Notes: a model not told the origin generated them from the letters alone. A stretch of DNA of 63,351 nucleotides from an uncultured Neisseria sp. (GCA_964545465.1 CAZJFO010000001.1:1-63351); one strand, 5' to 3'. Positions 30,377 through 40,393 are shown, numbered from the stretch's first letter. Numbers and translations are program-made.

Positions 30377-31291
30377 ATGCTAGCATTAACATGTACTGTC
30401 GCACCTGGAGGTGTTTTAGATAATATAGTATCTCAGTTTTCTAATGCTGGATATGTTTGGCAGTCAAAAATTAACCCAATTGTGAAACAGGTTTTTTTTC
30501 TTCTTTTTACTATGGAATTTATGTGGCAGCTAACTGTTAAAAAAGTGTTTGCAGGAGATATTGAAAAGCTCTGGGTGTTTTTTTTTACACGTGCTATTTT
30601 AGGGTTTTTCTTTGCTCAGTATATCATTAATGTTGAGTTATATAAAGAGATTATAGAGTATTTTGCAAATCTTGGTAGTGTGAGTAGCGGTTATACACTC
30701 TCCTTAGCAGCTGGGCAAAATTTTAAAAACCTTGGTCCATCTGAGATTATAAGTAATTTTTCGTGTATTTCAAATGCTATTAGTTCTGTTACTGATGGAA
30801 CTGGTGCTTTTGACTATATAACTCTTAAGATTACATTAGCAATTATGCAAGTTATCTTATTAGTTGTTTTATCTTTAACTGCATTTTATATTATTAAGGT
30901 TATTTTACAGGCTTATTTTTTACTTTATGCAGGATTTATTTTAACTGGTTTTGCTGGAAGTTCATGGACTATGGGATTTTGGCAGCGTTATCTTCAAGCC
31001 GTAGCTGGTATTGCTATTAAGTTTTTAGCTGTGTCGTTTTTATTGGGGGTTTTAATGGTGCAAATGCAAGGTTGGGCTAACGATGTTAATGCAGCAAAAG
31101 GTATTGTAGCTCTTGGTGCCGTTATCCTAAAAGTATTAGGTAGTGCGGTAATTATAAGTTTATTATGTAGTGAATTGCCAGAGTGGGCTGCATCAACACT
31201 AGCAAGTAATGTAAATATGCAGTTTGGAGAAGGTTTGGGTGGTGCGGTTGACATACTTTCGGGGGCTTTTTCTGGATCATTTAAAAAATGA
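30377..31291 (+). CDS. trbL: TrbL/VirB6 polytopic membrane protein
   Basis: GVLDNIVSQF...W, multiple TM segments, GFAGSSWT...RYL motif; ATG 30377. Confidence 0.88.
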   Translation: MLALTCTVAPGGVLDNIVSQFSNAGYVWQSKINPIVKQVFFLLFTMEFMWQLTVKKVFAGDIEKLWVFFFTRAILGFFFAQYIINVELYKEIIEYFANLGSVSSGYTLSLAAGQNFKNLGPSEIISNFSCISNAISSVTDGTGAFDYITLKITLAIMQVILLVVLSLTAFYIIKVILQAYFLLYAGFILTGFAGSSWTMGFWQRYLQAVAGIAIKFLAVSFLLGVLMVQMQGWANDVNAAKGIVALGAVILKVLGSAVIISLLCSELPEWAASTLASNVNMQFGEGLGGAVDILSGAFSGSFKK

Positions 31292-31311
31292 AATTATTAG
31301 GAAAATAGGTT

Positions 31312-32751
31312 ATGTCAGAACATAATCATGATGCACTTCGTCATTTAGAAAAAGATATGGCGGATATTTTGGATGTACTTCAAGATACTGACACTACCGA
31401 GATAATACTTAACCCCTATAGAAAAGCTAATGGAACTACAGTTGGTCATATATTAGTGCAACAGCATGGGCAGGAGCTTAAAAATTTGCTACGTAATACC
31501 GAAACTAAGATTAAGCCTGAAGCTGTTACTATTGGGCAACATATTGTATACAAATGTTTAAAGACTAATCATCATTCAATACTATTTTGGGTGCGGCTGC
31601 ACGGGTTTTTAAAAGATGATTTACGGGTAATTGCAAAATGCCTAAAAAGCTATTTTACGGATAATGCTATTTGTCAGGTATCAGATCATGTTTTACTTGA
31701 TTATGTTCAAATGATAGAAGCTGGAGAATTACCAGAATCCCCAATGTTATCTGAAGATAGTATCATTTTTTTACTAGATTTAATCAACAAACATTTACCA
31801 ATTGATTCAGTATTTAAACTAGTATATAAAGAAATAAAAACTGATGATGATGTAAAGGTTTTTAGAAGCTATCCCAATACACTAATAACTACTGAATTAG
31901 TTATGATGAGTTCAACTAAAGCTGAAACTATAATGAGTGTTTTAGCTAGCATAAATGGTAAATTTATCCATCAAAAAAGCCCTAGTCTTGAATGCCAGAT
32001 TCCTAAATATGGGCATAGATTCACAGGGGTTATCCCACCGGTTGTGTCATTCCCAGCATTTTGTATCCGTAAGCATTCACCCAAGGTGTTTACTTTAAGT
32101 GATTTTGTAAGCTGTGAAATAATGCAACAAAGTAGCTACGATACTATACTTAATTGGATAGGGCGTAAGTTTAATATTTTAATTGCAGGTGGTACTGGTT
32201 CGGGTAAAACTACTTTAGCTAATGCAATACTTTTTGAGATAGCTAAATTATTTCCTGATACTAGAGTTTTGATTATTGAAGATGTCCCAGAACTTAAATT
32301 CAATTCCTCTCGTTCTATTGGTTTTACTATTGGTGAGTTTTTTTCTATGTATGATGCACTTCGAACTACTCTTCGTTTTAAGCCTGATAGGATAGTTATG
32401 GGGGAAATTAGGGGTGCTGAGGCATATACTTTGTTAAAAGCTTGGAATACAGGGCATCCAGGTGGTATAGCAACAATTCATGCAAATGGGGTGAATGAAG
32501 CTTTATATCGCTTTGAAAGTTGCCTTAGTGATTATCCTAGTGTAAAAATCAATCGACAGGAGGTTGGTTTTACTATTAATGGGATTATCTCAATTCAAAA
32601 TATTACTATGCGAGAAGAGTTTGACGGTGAATATCAAAATATTGTGAAGCGTAAAGTAACTGCCCTAAGGCAGATATTGCAATATGATGTTGATAGAGAT
32701 ATTTATCAAGATATTGTTTATGATCAATTGGACTTTGATAGGATAAATTAA
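31312..32751 (+). CDS. trbB: TrbB/VirB11 ATPase with a large N-domain insertion
   Basis: EIILNP, RFTGVIPPVV...FCIRK, GGTGSGKT, IEDVPEL, LRFKPDRIVMGEIRG, WNTGHPGGIATIHAN. Confidence 0.92.
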   Translation: MSEHNHDALRHLEKDMADILDVLQDTDTTEIILNPYRKANGTTVGHILVQQHGQELKNLLRNTETKIKPEAVTIGQHIVYKCLKTNHHSILFWVRLHGFLKDDLRVIAKCLKSYFTDNAICQVSDHVLLDYVQMIEAGELPESPMLSEDSIIFLLDLINKHLPIDSVFKLVYKEIKTDDDVKVFRSYPNTLITTELVMMSSTKAETIMSVLASINGKFIHQKSPSLECQIPKYGHRFTGVIPPVVSFPAFCIRKHSPKVFTLSDFVSCEIMQQSSYDTILNWIGRKFNILIAGGTGSGKTTLANAILFEIAKLFPDTRVLIIEDVPELKFNSSRSIGFTIGEFFSMYDALRTTLRFKPDRIVMGEIRGAEAYTLLKAWNTGHPGGIATIHANGVNEALYRFESCLSDYPSVKINRQEVGFTINGIISIQNITMREEFDGEYQNIVKRKVTALRQILQYDVDRDIYQDIVYDQLDFDRIN

Positions 32752-33195
32752 TTGATACACCAAGCTATACACTGTGCACCCAATGTTGCACAAACTACAA
32801 TGGTTGCTATAGTTAAAACAGAGAGTCGTGGTAATGCTTTGGCTATTGTGCTTAATGGTGGCAAACATTTACTTTATGGTGCACAAAATTTTAAGCAGGC
32901 TTATGCTTGGGTGGATTATCTTGAACGGCACCACTATGATTTTGATATTGGTTTAGCACAGATAAATATCAGAAACGTGCATAAGTATGGATATATGGCC
33001 CATGATATGTTAGATCCATGTAAAAACCTTAATTTAGCCGGTGTCATCTTGGGGGATAATTATAAAAATGCTAAGTTGAAATCAAGAAGTGATAAGGAAG
33101 CACTCTATAAAGCAATAAGTGCTTATAATACAGGAAATTTTCATAGTGGGTTTAGTAATGGTTATGTTTATAAAGTAATTCATAATGCATATTAA
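32752..33195 (+). CDS. virB1: VirB1-like lytic transglycosylase
   Basis: CAPNV...AIVKTES, DIGLAQIN, DPCKNL, AISAYNTG; TTG start preceded by AGGA. Confidence 0.9.
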   Translation: MIHQAIHCAPNVAQTTMVAIVKTESRGNALAIVLNGGKHLLYGAQNFKQAYAWVDYLERHHYDFDIGLAQINIRNVHKYGYMAHDMLDPCKNLNLAGVILGDNYKNAKLKSRSDKEALYKAISAYNTGNFHSGFSNGYVYKVIHNAY

Positions 33196-33730
33196 TGCAT
33201 ATAAAAAATGTATTGCACCGCTTATGTGGGGAGTTATTTTGAGTGCTGGGCTAATATTTATGAAGAGGGTGTTTATTTATAATCCTTCGATTTCATTGAT
33301 AAAGGGATATTATTTTACTTATCCGATTGTTGCTAAAGTACATGATATTGTTCTTTTATGTGTTTGGGATGCAAGTCATACTCACGTAATGCATCAGTTG
33401 GGTTTACCTTATAAAAGTGGTGAGTGCCCACAAAAAACCCCTTATTTACTAAAGCAAATTGTTGCTACAGAAGGAGATGAGGTTAGCGTTGATGAAGAGG
33501 GTGTGAAAATAAATAACCATTTATATAAGAATAGTCGTGTAGTACAAAACTTACGACAAATAAATTTATTACCTATTGGTTTTGGAAGTTTCAAATTGAA
33601 ACATAATGAATATTTTGTTTTAGGGGTAACGCCATACTCTTATGACTCGCGGTATTTTGGGGTTATAACTAGAGCTCAGATTTACCGTGGTGCTAGATTG
33701 GTTTATGCAACTAATCATATGTTGTGGTAA
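33185..33730 (+). CDS. traF: TraF-like S26 peptidase (pilin maturation)
   Basis: NPSISLIKGYY, GECP...LLKQIVATEGD, SYDSRYFG. Confidence 0.88.
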   Translation: MHINAYKKCIAPLMWGVILSAGLIFMKRVFIYNPSISLIKGYYFTYPIVAKVHDIVLLCVWDASHTHVMHQLGLPYKSGECPQKTPYLLKQIVATEGDEVSVDEEGVKINNHLYKNSRVVQNLRQINLLPIGFGSFKLKHNEYFVLGVTPYSYDSRYFGVITRAQIYRGARLVYATNHMLW

Positions 33731-33924
33731 TTGAAAATATTTTTTGATGGTTTTGTTATGAAAGGAGACGTTTATTTGGGGGTAGAGAGCCCTAACTATG
33801 ATCCTAAACACGAACTTGATTTTGTTTCAAGGTGCTTTTGGGAACATTGTTCTTGCACTAAAAGTGTTGTGAAAGGTGATTTACAACTATATTTTTAAAT
33901 TTAATTTTTTGAAAAGGCTAGATT

Positions 33925-34305
33925 ATGAAGCGTTTAACAATAACAGGCAACATTGGTCGTGATCCAGATATGCGTCTAGATCCATCAGGTACACAGTTTG
34001 CTACTTTTTCGGTAGGTGTTAGTGTGGGTACTAGAGCAAACCCAAAAACTGACTGGGTTGATGTAAGCTGCAATGGAAAACTTGCAGAGGTAGCTTTTAT
34101 GTATGCCAAAAAAGGCACTAAGGTACTAGTAGATGGGTATCCAAGTGTAAATGCGTATATCAATAAGGATAATATAGCTGTTGGCGTTATGCGTCTCTAT
34201 GCTAATAGTATTGAGCTAATGAGTCGCGCTGATAATGACTCAAGTAATCCAGATGTGAATATGCTGCGTGAGGTTGACTCAAGTACACTTGAGGCTCCAT
34301 TCTAG
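33925..34305 (+). CDS. ssb: Single-stranded DNA-binding protein
   Basis: ITGNIGRDP, FSVGV, TDW, KKGTKVLVDG, acidic tail ending EAPF. Confidence 0.92.
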   Translation: MKRLTITGNIGRDPDMRLDPSGTQFATFSVGVSVGTRANPKTDWVDVSCNGKLAEVAFMYAKKGTKVLVDGYPSVNAYINKDNIAVGVMRLYANSIELMSRADNDSSNPDVNMLREVDSSTLEAPF

Positions 34306-34373
34306 ATTGTTATTGCTTTTTTGTAAGATTAGCGCCAGAACTGGCACAGCTCTGGGCAATTGAAGTTAATTGA

Positions 34374-34620
34374 AGAGCTCTTAATGAAAATACCAATGGA
34401 CTATTCGACGTTATTTACCAAAAGGAACTAATTTTGATACAATATATGAAACAGAAATTAAGCATATTTAGGATTGCTTAAATAATAGACCAAGAAAAGT
34501 ACTTAAATATAAAACCCCGAACGAGGTTATGAACAAGTATTTGCAACGAGTTGAATGTAATAGATCGAAAAATTTTAAAACGTCAGTCTCTTTTGATGCT
34601 TGAACTCGGGTGAATCCACG
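34374..34620 (+). mobile_element. Degenerate IS30-family transposase 3' remnant plus terminal repeat
   Basis: Reads RALNENTNGL / (frameshift) RRYLPKGTNF...(TAG)...LNNRPRKVLKYKTPNEV, the IS30 C-terminal signature. Stop at 34603, then TGAATCCACG. Confidence 0.88.
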
Positions 34621-34640
34621 ATATAATTTGTATATTGAGA

Positions 34641-34669
34641 TTGACAAATACATTATATTATGCTATATT
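34641..34669 (+). promoter_or_regulatory. Near-consensus sigma70 promoter for the biosynthetic cluster
   Basis: TTGACA (34641-34646), 17 bp spacer, TATATT (34664-34669), with a TGn extension. Confidence 0.7.
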
Positions 34670-34699
34670 ATGTTATGGTTTATTAAAAGTGAGTAAATT

Positions 34700-35926
34700 A
34701 TGAATAATAAATTAATGAACAAGAATAATTATAGCAATCTACAAAAAGTAGTATCCCTAAGTTCAGATGACTGGGAGTTAGGGTTACGTTATGGTGTTCT
34801 TGATATTGTTGCTGATGAGGGACAAAATGGAAGTTTTGTTGATGAAAATGGTCATAGTTTTTATCATATGGTATCGTGCTCATATCTTAATCTAGACCGA
34901 CATCCAAAAGTGATAATGGGTATAAAAACTGCATTAGACAGGTATCCACAAACTAATATTACTTGTTCACGCACGCGTTTAATAAGTAAAATTCTTTACG
35001 ATACAGAAGAAGACCTAAACGAATATTTTAAAGCTCAAGTTATAGTTGGTAGTAGTTGTTCAGCAATGAGTGAGGGAATATTACCGCTTTTAGCTTCTGG
35101 GGTATTAACTAATAATATAAAACCAAAAATAATTTTTGATAAACTATGTCATTTTTCAATGAATATAATTAAACCAATTTGTGCAGATGAAACAGATATA
35201 GTTACGTGTGATCATAATGATATAAGCTTTATTGAAAATGAGTGTAAACATAACCCTGTAGTAGTTTACGTTTGTGATGGGGCCTATAGTACTGGTGGTG
35301 TTGCAAAAGTAAAAGAGTTATTGGATTTACAAGATAGATATGATTTATATGTCTATTATGATGATTCGCATTCATTATCTGTTTGCGGTCAGGATGGTTA
35401 TGGTTATGTTAGAGAAATTCATTCTGAAATAAATGATAAGACAATCATTGTATTTTCTATGGCAAAAGCATTCGGTGCTGGTGCTGGTGGTATTGCAATG
35501 TTAAGTAAAAATAGCCAAATGTACAAATATATAAAGCGTTACGCTGGACCCTTATTATGGTCACGACCTATTTCAACTGCAACAATTGGAGCAATTCAAG
35601 GTTCGTTAGTAGTACATAAATCAAATGAGTTTAAAGTTATTCAAAAAAGGCTTAAAGATAATATAGCTTATTTTGATAGCCAAATTTATACTAGCCAAAG
35701 TGGTAGTGAAGTACCAATTAGATTTGTAACTCTTGGAGAGTCTTTATTGGCACTAGAAGCTGCAAAAACCATTTATCAAAAAGGGTTCTATGTTTCACCT
35801 TTATTTTTTCCAATAGTAGCGCGAGGAAAAGCTGGATTAAGGATGATGATAAATAATCGTATTCCACAGGAGAAGTTTTTAGAATTTTGTAATGTTGTTA
35901 AAGGGGTTATAAATGCTATTTCCTAA
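34700..35926 (+). CDS. PLP-dependent alpha-oxoamine synthase (BioF/Kbl-like, KtmB-like role)
   Basis: SCSYLNL, FDKLCHFSM, DGAYSTGG, YDDSHS, PLP lysine in SMAKAFG, FFPIVARGKAGLR. Confidence 0.85.
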   Translation: MNNKLMNKNNYSNLQKVVSLSSDDWELGLRYGVLDIVADEGQNGSFVDENGHSFYHMVSCSYLNLDRHPKVIMGIKTALDRYPQTNITCSRTRLISKILYDTEEDLNEYFKAQVIVGSSCSAMSEGILPLLASGVLTNNIKPKIIFDKLCHFSMNIIKPICADETDIVTCDHNDISFIENECKHNPVVVYVCDGAYSTGGVAKVKELLDLQDRYDLYVYYDDSHSLSVCGQDGYGYVREIHSEINDKTIIVFSMAKAFGAGAGGIAMLSKNSQMYKYIKRYAGPLLWSRPISTATIGAIQGSLVVHKSNEFKVIQKRLKDNIAYFDSQIYTSQSGSEVPIRFVTLGESLLALEAAKTIYQKGFYVSPLFFPIVARGKAGLRMMINNRIPQEKFLEFCNVVKGVINAIS

Positions 35927-36761
35927 CTTTAGAAGTGTTTTAATTTCTTCTGCTTTAAAAATTGATTTATATAATAAAGGCAGTGCCTCTAATGCTGATA
36001 TTTTTATGATTGACTTTGAAGATTCGGTAAGTATGAAAAATAAAAATGATGCCAGGCATGAATTTCTTGTGAATAAAAATCAAATTAAAACAGATTGTGG
36101 TTATAATTTTAGAATAAACTGTATTCATTCTATTGATGGAATACGTGATATTATGTTTTTAATTGATAATTCAATTAATGTTAATTATATACTTGTATCA
36201 AAAGCATCATCTAGCATTGATCTAAAGTTAATAAAAAATTTATTTGTTTCAGCGAGCATCAAACCACCTAAATTAATTTCATTAATTGAGACTGCAGAGG
36301 CAATGGTCAATATAGATGATATTGCGAAAGATAGTGATGCTTTACTATTTGGAAGTGCAGATCTTTCATTAGAGCTTGGGTTGCCACCTACATTTATAAA
36401 CAACCTTGCATATTATAGACAGCAAGTGGTTTTGTGTGCTTGTAAATATAAAATTCCAGCAATAGATACGCCAACATTTATGTTAAGAAATAAAGAAACT
36501 TTAACTATGGATGTCTTAGAATCTAAGCAAATGGGTTTTAGTGGAAAATTAGCAATATCAAAAGCCCAAGTAGAGATAATTAATGAAATGTATCAGTATG
36601 ATTCTAATGATATAGAATGGGCAAATAGTATTAGTCATATTGATAATAATATCACAGGTATCTTATCTGTTAAAGATATTATGGTGGGCAATCCGTTTTA
36701 TAAATTAGCACAAAAAATAGTTACTACATCAAAAAAGCAAGTTGTTAAATTTAAAGGATAG
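35913..36761 (+). CDS. HpcH/HpaI aldolase / citrate-lyase-beta (CitE-like) enzyme
   Basis: IDFEDSV, FRIN, LIETAEA, FGSADLS, AIDTP, GFSGK. Confidence 0.9.
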   Translation: MLFPNFRSVLISSALKIDLYNKGSASNADIFMIDFEDSVSMKNKNDARHEFLVNKNQIKTDCGYNFRINCIHSIDGIRDIMFLIDNSINVNYILVSKASSSIDLKLIKNLFVSASIKPPKLISLIETAEAMVNIDDIAKDSDALLFGSADLSLELGLPPTFINNLAYYRQQVVLCACKYKIPAIDTPTFMLRNKETLTMDVLESKQMGFSGKLAISKAQVEIINEMYQYDSNDIEWANSISHIDNNITGILSVKDIMVGNPFYKLAQKIVTTSKKQVVKFKG

Positions 36762-36769
36762 TATTAAAA

Positions 36770-37309
36770 ATGCAAAACCGTTTAGTAAAGTTATCTAATA
36801 ATCATTATCGAGAAAGTAACGGGTTTACTTTTGATGATTTTGAAGTTGGTGATATTTTTGAACACCGACCAGGTAGAACCATTACGATGACAGATAATAT
36901 TAATCATACTTTAAATACTGTTAATCAGCATCCAATTCACTTTGATGAACAATATGCAAGAAACACTCAATTTAAACGAGTTTTGGTTAATAGTACGCTT
37001 ACTTTATCTATTGTCACGGGAATGACCGTTAATATACTAAGTGCAAAAGCAGTTGCAAACCTTGGGTGGGACAATATTAGACTTCCACATCCTGTATTTA
37101 TTGATGATACACTTTATGCAGTGAGTAAAATAATTTCAAAAAAAGAATCTCAAAAAAATTTCGATCAAGGTGTTATTAACGTGAAAACTATCGGATATAA
37201 TCAAGATAATACTGTGGTTATTGGTTTTAATAGATTTATTTTACTACCCAAACATAGAAAAGATGTTGATTATTCACATAAAATAGACTTTGATTGGTTT
37301 AATAACTAA
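36770..37309 (+). CDS. MaoC-family (hot-dog fold) acyl-CoA dehydratase
   Basis: FDDFEVGDIFEHRPGRTITMTDN...NQHPIHFD...ANLGWDNIRLPHPVF. Confidence 0.9.
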   Translation: MQNRLVKLSNNHYRESNGFTFDDFEVGDIFEHRPGRTITMTDNINHTLNTVNQHPIHFDEQYARNTQFKRVLVNSTLTLSIVTGMTVNILSAKAVANLGWDNIRLPHPVFIDDTLYAVSKIISKKESQKNFDQGVINVKTIGYNQDNTVVIGFNRFILLPKHRKDVDYSHKIDFDWFNN

Positions 37310-37325
37310 CCTTGTAGGAGAAAAA

Positions 37326-38252
37326 ATGTCTTATAAGTTTTACTCTTATGATTTTATAACAAATACTATAAATATTAGTGCATTGACTAATCATATGGAG
37401 AATATGTTAAATACTTTATCACAGAATGATTATATAATTCCTCCTAAAGATATAATCATAATCAATAAGCCATATTCAATATTTTTCTCAATGCCTGCAA
37501 TTAGTAGTAAAGTAGGATTATATATTAATAAAACGGGTAGTTTTTTTAAGCGTAATTCTTTAGATATCATTCCAACAATTAATACTGTGGTTACAGCTTT
37601 TTCAAGTGTAACGGGAGAGGTTGTTGCAGTACTAGATGGTACTGCAGTTACTAATATTAAATGTGCAGTAATTACTGCTATAGTGACAAAATATTGCACT
37701 TTGCTTAACGCAAGCAAACTTGCTATAATAGGTGCAGGAACACAGGCAAGGCAACAAATTAGCGGTATATTGAGTGTAAGGTCTATTAAGGAGCTACATG
37801 TATATAACCGTAGTAATAATAATTTAACTAAATTTATTAATGAAATTAAATTATTATATCCCAAATTAAGTATTTTACAATATTCTTCAATAAAGGAGTG
37901 TATTTTAGATGTAGATATTATCTCTACAACTACATCTTCATTTGAACCTTTATGTGATTATGATAATTTAAAACCTGGTGTGCATATTAACTGTATGGGG
38001 GCGCATAATCCAAACTCTCGTGAAGTTCCAAAACATGTCTTAAATGCTTCGCTTTTAATTGTAGAAGATATTATAACAGCAATAGAGGAGGCTGGTGAAC
38101 TTCACCGAAATGCAATAACTGTATCCCAATTACATACTATACAACAATCTAACTTACAAAAAGAACAAACAGTTTTTAGTTCTACTGGCTTTGCTCTGCT
38201 AGACTTAATTACGGTGGATTATATAATTAACAACTTAGTATTAATGTCTTAG
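37326..38252 (+). CDS. Ornithine cyclodeaminase / mu-crystallin family protein
   Basis: SMPA, TGEVVAVLDG, AIIGAGTQA, VYNR, GVHINCMGA, FSSTGFALLD; ATG 37326 after AGGAG. Confidence 0.88.
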   Translation: MSYKFYSYDFITNTINISALTNHMENMLNTLSQNDYIIPPKDIIIINKPYSIFFSMPAISSKVGLYINKTGSFFKRNSLDIIPTINTVVTAFSSVTGEVVAVLDGTAVTNIKCAVITAIVTKYCTLLNASKLAIIGAGTQARQQISGILSVRSIKELHVYNRSNNNLTKFINEIKLLYPKLSILQYSSIKECILDVDIISTTTSSFEPLCDYDNLKPGVHINCMGAHNPNSREVPKHVLNASLLIVEDIITAIEEAGELHRNAITVSQLHTIQQSNLQKEQTVFSSTGFALLDLITVDYIINNLVLMS

Positions 38253-38295
38253 TTTATATAGTGGATTTTTAAAAATATATTATTTTGAGAAGATT

Positions 38296-39072
38296 ATGCG
38301 TACTAAACCTAACAATAAACTATTTAATAAAGTCGTTCTAATAACAGGTGGCTCCTCTGGTATTGGTTATGCTTGTGCAGAAGCTTTTGCAAAAATGGGG
38401 CTTAAAGTAGTAATTAGTGGAAGGAATATGAACACGGGTCTTAAAGCACAACAAAAATTAGCAAAACTCAATCAGTATGTAGTGTTTTTACAAGCAGATA
38501 TTACGGATAGTAAAAGTGTGCAAAATTTATTTAATCAAATTTTAAATCAGTATGGACGTTTAGATTATGCAGTAAATAATGCTGGTATTGAAGGATCTTC
38601 GTTTGTAAAGACTGCAGATTATGAAGAATCTACATGGGATAATGTTATTAATATTAACCTTAAAGGTACGTGGTTGTGTTTAAAATCAGAGATAAAGCAA
38701 ATGCTAATTCAAGAAACTAAAGGTGCTATTGTTAATATTGCATCATATGCAGGCATTATGGCAAGTAAGACAGGAGGTGTAGCTTATACTGCTAGTAAAC
38801 ATGGGGTGGTTGGTATGACTAAGTCAGCCGCTATAGAATATGCTATAAATAATATACGGGTTAATGCAGTATGTCCTGGTGTTATATGGACTTCAAATGC
38901 ACGACAAGTTATAAAAAAACATAATTTAACCAAGGATCAAATTGAAAAAATGCATCCTATGTCTAGAGTAGGGATTGCCAGTGATGTTGCGGATGCTGTA
39001 GTATGGTTATGTTTATATGCTTCATTTGTTACAGGTGACATACTTTGTGTTGATGGGGGCTTGCATTTATAA
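38296..39072 (+). CDS. Short-chain dehydrogenase/reductase
   Basis: TGGSSGIG, NNAG, catalytic YTASK, IRVNAVCPG, VDGG. Confidence 0.93.
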   Translation: MRTKPNNKLFNKVVLITGGSSGIGYACAEAFAKMGLKVVISGRNMNTGLKAQQKLAKLNQYVVFLQADITDSKSVQNLFNQILNQYGRLDYAVNNAGIEGSSFVKTADYEESTWDNVININLKGTWLCLKSEIKQMLIQETKGAIVNIASYAGIMASKTGGVAYTASKHGVVGMTKSAAIEYAINNIRVNAVCPGVIWTSNARQVIKKHNLTKDQIEKMHPMSRVGIASDVADAVVWLCLYASFVTGDILCVDGGLHL

Positions 39073-39121
39073 AATCATGTAACTTAGTATAATAAACTGG
39101 TTACTTATAGAAATAGGTTAT

Positions 39122-40393
39122 ATGAATAAGCAAATTTTACGTAAGCTTGGTTATCGTGAGGCGAGTCATACTGTAATCAACTATACTACAGTCATAGGGG
39201 TATTGTATTTTAGTGGAGATACAAGTTTAAAGACTATTATTAGTGCCATAGAGCAAATTTGGCGATATAATCCTTGGTTACAGGCAACAATCAAAAAATA
39301 TAATAATGAGTACTATTTTTATAATGATTGCATGTTTAACCAGGTTCCAAACAAAATTATACATCTTGAAGATAAGCCAAATTTCTCTAATAAACTAATC
39401 AGTGTTGTAGAAAAAGAGTTAATAACAACTTTTGATATTGAAAAATTTTTGTGGCGATATACAATTCTATCTTATTGTGATAATGGAATGTTTGAGCGTT
39501 GCATTATTCTATCAATTCATCATAGTATATCAGACGGGTTATCATTAATGGGGCTAATTAATAATTTAATTAATTTAATCAGCCAAAATTTTGTATCATA
39601 TAAAAAAACAGCTTTGTTACCTAGAAGTTTAGAGGATTTTGCCAAAAAAAAATATACATATGAGGATTTTACTAAATACAAAAAAGATTTTAATCAGCGA
39701 TTAGAGGCTGTAAAACCATTACAGTATAGGAATTGTGTGGGAATAAATCATAGAAGACAAAAAATAATTTTAAGCCAGATAAATCCTCCTGAATTACAAT
39801 ATTTAAAGAATAAATGTAAAAAATATGGTGTAACTATTAATAGTTATTTATGTGCAACAATAATATTAGCTGGATATAGTATAAAACTATCACCAGAATC
39901 AATAATTTCATTATTAACAGCTATAAATTTAAGGGCTATCGGCAATAACAGAATATCAAATAATACGTTAGGATTATATGCTAGTGCAATTCTTACTCTT
40001 CATAAACCAAGCGATTCTCGAAAAAGTATATGGGATATCGCAGTTAGTTATCAACAACAATTACATGAACAACAAAAGCTGTTTGTGCATAGTCCTTTGC
40101 AGTATAAGGTAGATGATCTATTACCCATTGATTTTAATAAAACCCATTTTGAATATGATTTTGGATTATCCAATTTAGGAAATATATCTCTAGATATAAA
40201 TGATGTATCACTAGTGGTAAAAAAAATATTTTTTTGTAGTTCACAAGTTATTGGTGATATTGGATTTACAATTAATGTATGTACTATAAATGATTATATG
40301 CATATTTGTTATACGTATGTTACTACTTTGTTTGATGATAAAACTGCGATAGAGCTTTCTAATGAGGTCACGCATTATTTAAAGGAGTCATAA
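39122..40393 (+). CDS. Stand-alone condensation-domain / CoA-dependent acyltransferase (AATase/PapA5-like)
   Basis: HHSISDG (HHxxxDG), CKKYGVTINSYL, INLR, LSNLG. Confidence 0.8.
   Translation: MNKQILRKLGYREASHTVINYTTVIGVLYFSGDTSLKTIISAIEQIWRYNPWLQATIKKYNNEYYFYNDCMFNQVPNKIIHLEDKPNFSNKLISVVEKELITTFDIEKFLWRYTILSYCDNGMFERCIILSIHHSISDGLSLMGLINNLINLISQNFVSYKKTALLPRSLEDFAKKKYTYEDFTKYKKDFNQRLEAVKPLQYRNCVGINHRRQKIILSQINPPELQYLKNKCKKYGVTINSYLCATIILAGYSIKLSPESIISLLTAINLRAIGNNRISNNTLGLYASAILTLHKPSDSRKSIWDIAVSYQQQLHEQQKLFVHSPLQYKVDDLLPIDFNKTHFEYDFGLSNLGNISLDINDVSLVVKKIFFCSSQVIGDIGFTINVCTINDYMHICYTYVTTLFDDKTAIELSNEVTHYLKES

Noticed and set aside
31489-31893. Intein in trbB
   Set aside because: No Cys/Ser N-terminal and His-Asn C-terminal splice motifs and no LAGLIDADG motif.
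32749-32754. TrbB-VirB1 read-through fusion (same frame, adjacent codons)
   Set aside because: A TTG start with an AGGA ribosome-binding site 8 nt upstream explains independent translation.
33731-33924. oriT, riboswitch or 6S RNA between traF and ssb
   Set aside because: Several short hairpins are present, but I could not match a nic-site consensus, a TPP/FMN/glycine core or a 6S structure.
34700-37309. Biotin synthesis (bioF) or itaconate catabolism (ripABC-like) operon
   Set aside because: No other bio genes and no CoA-transferase; linkage to an ATP-grasp ligase and an acyltransferase favours biosynthesis of a specialised metabolite.
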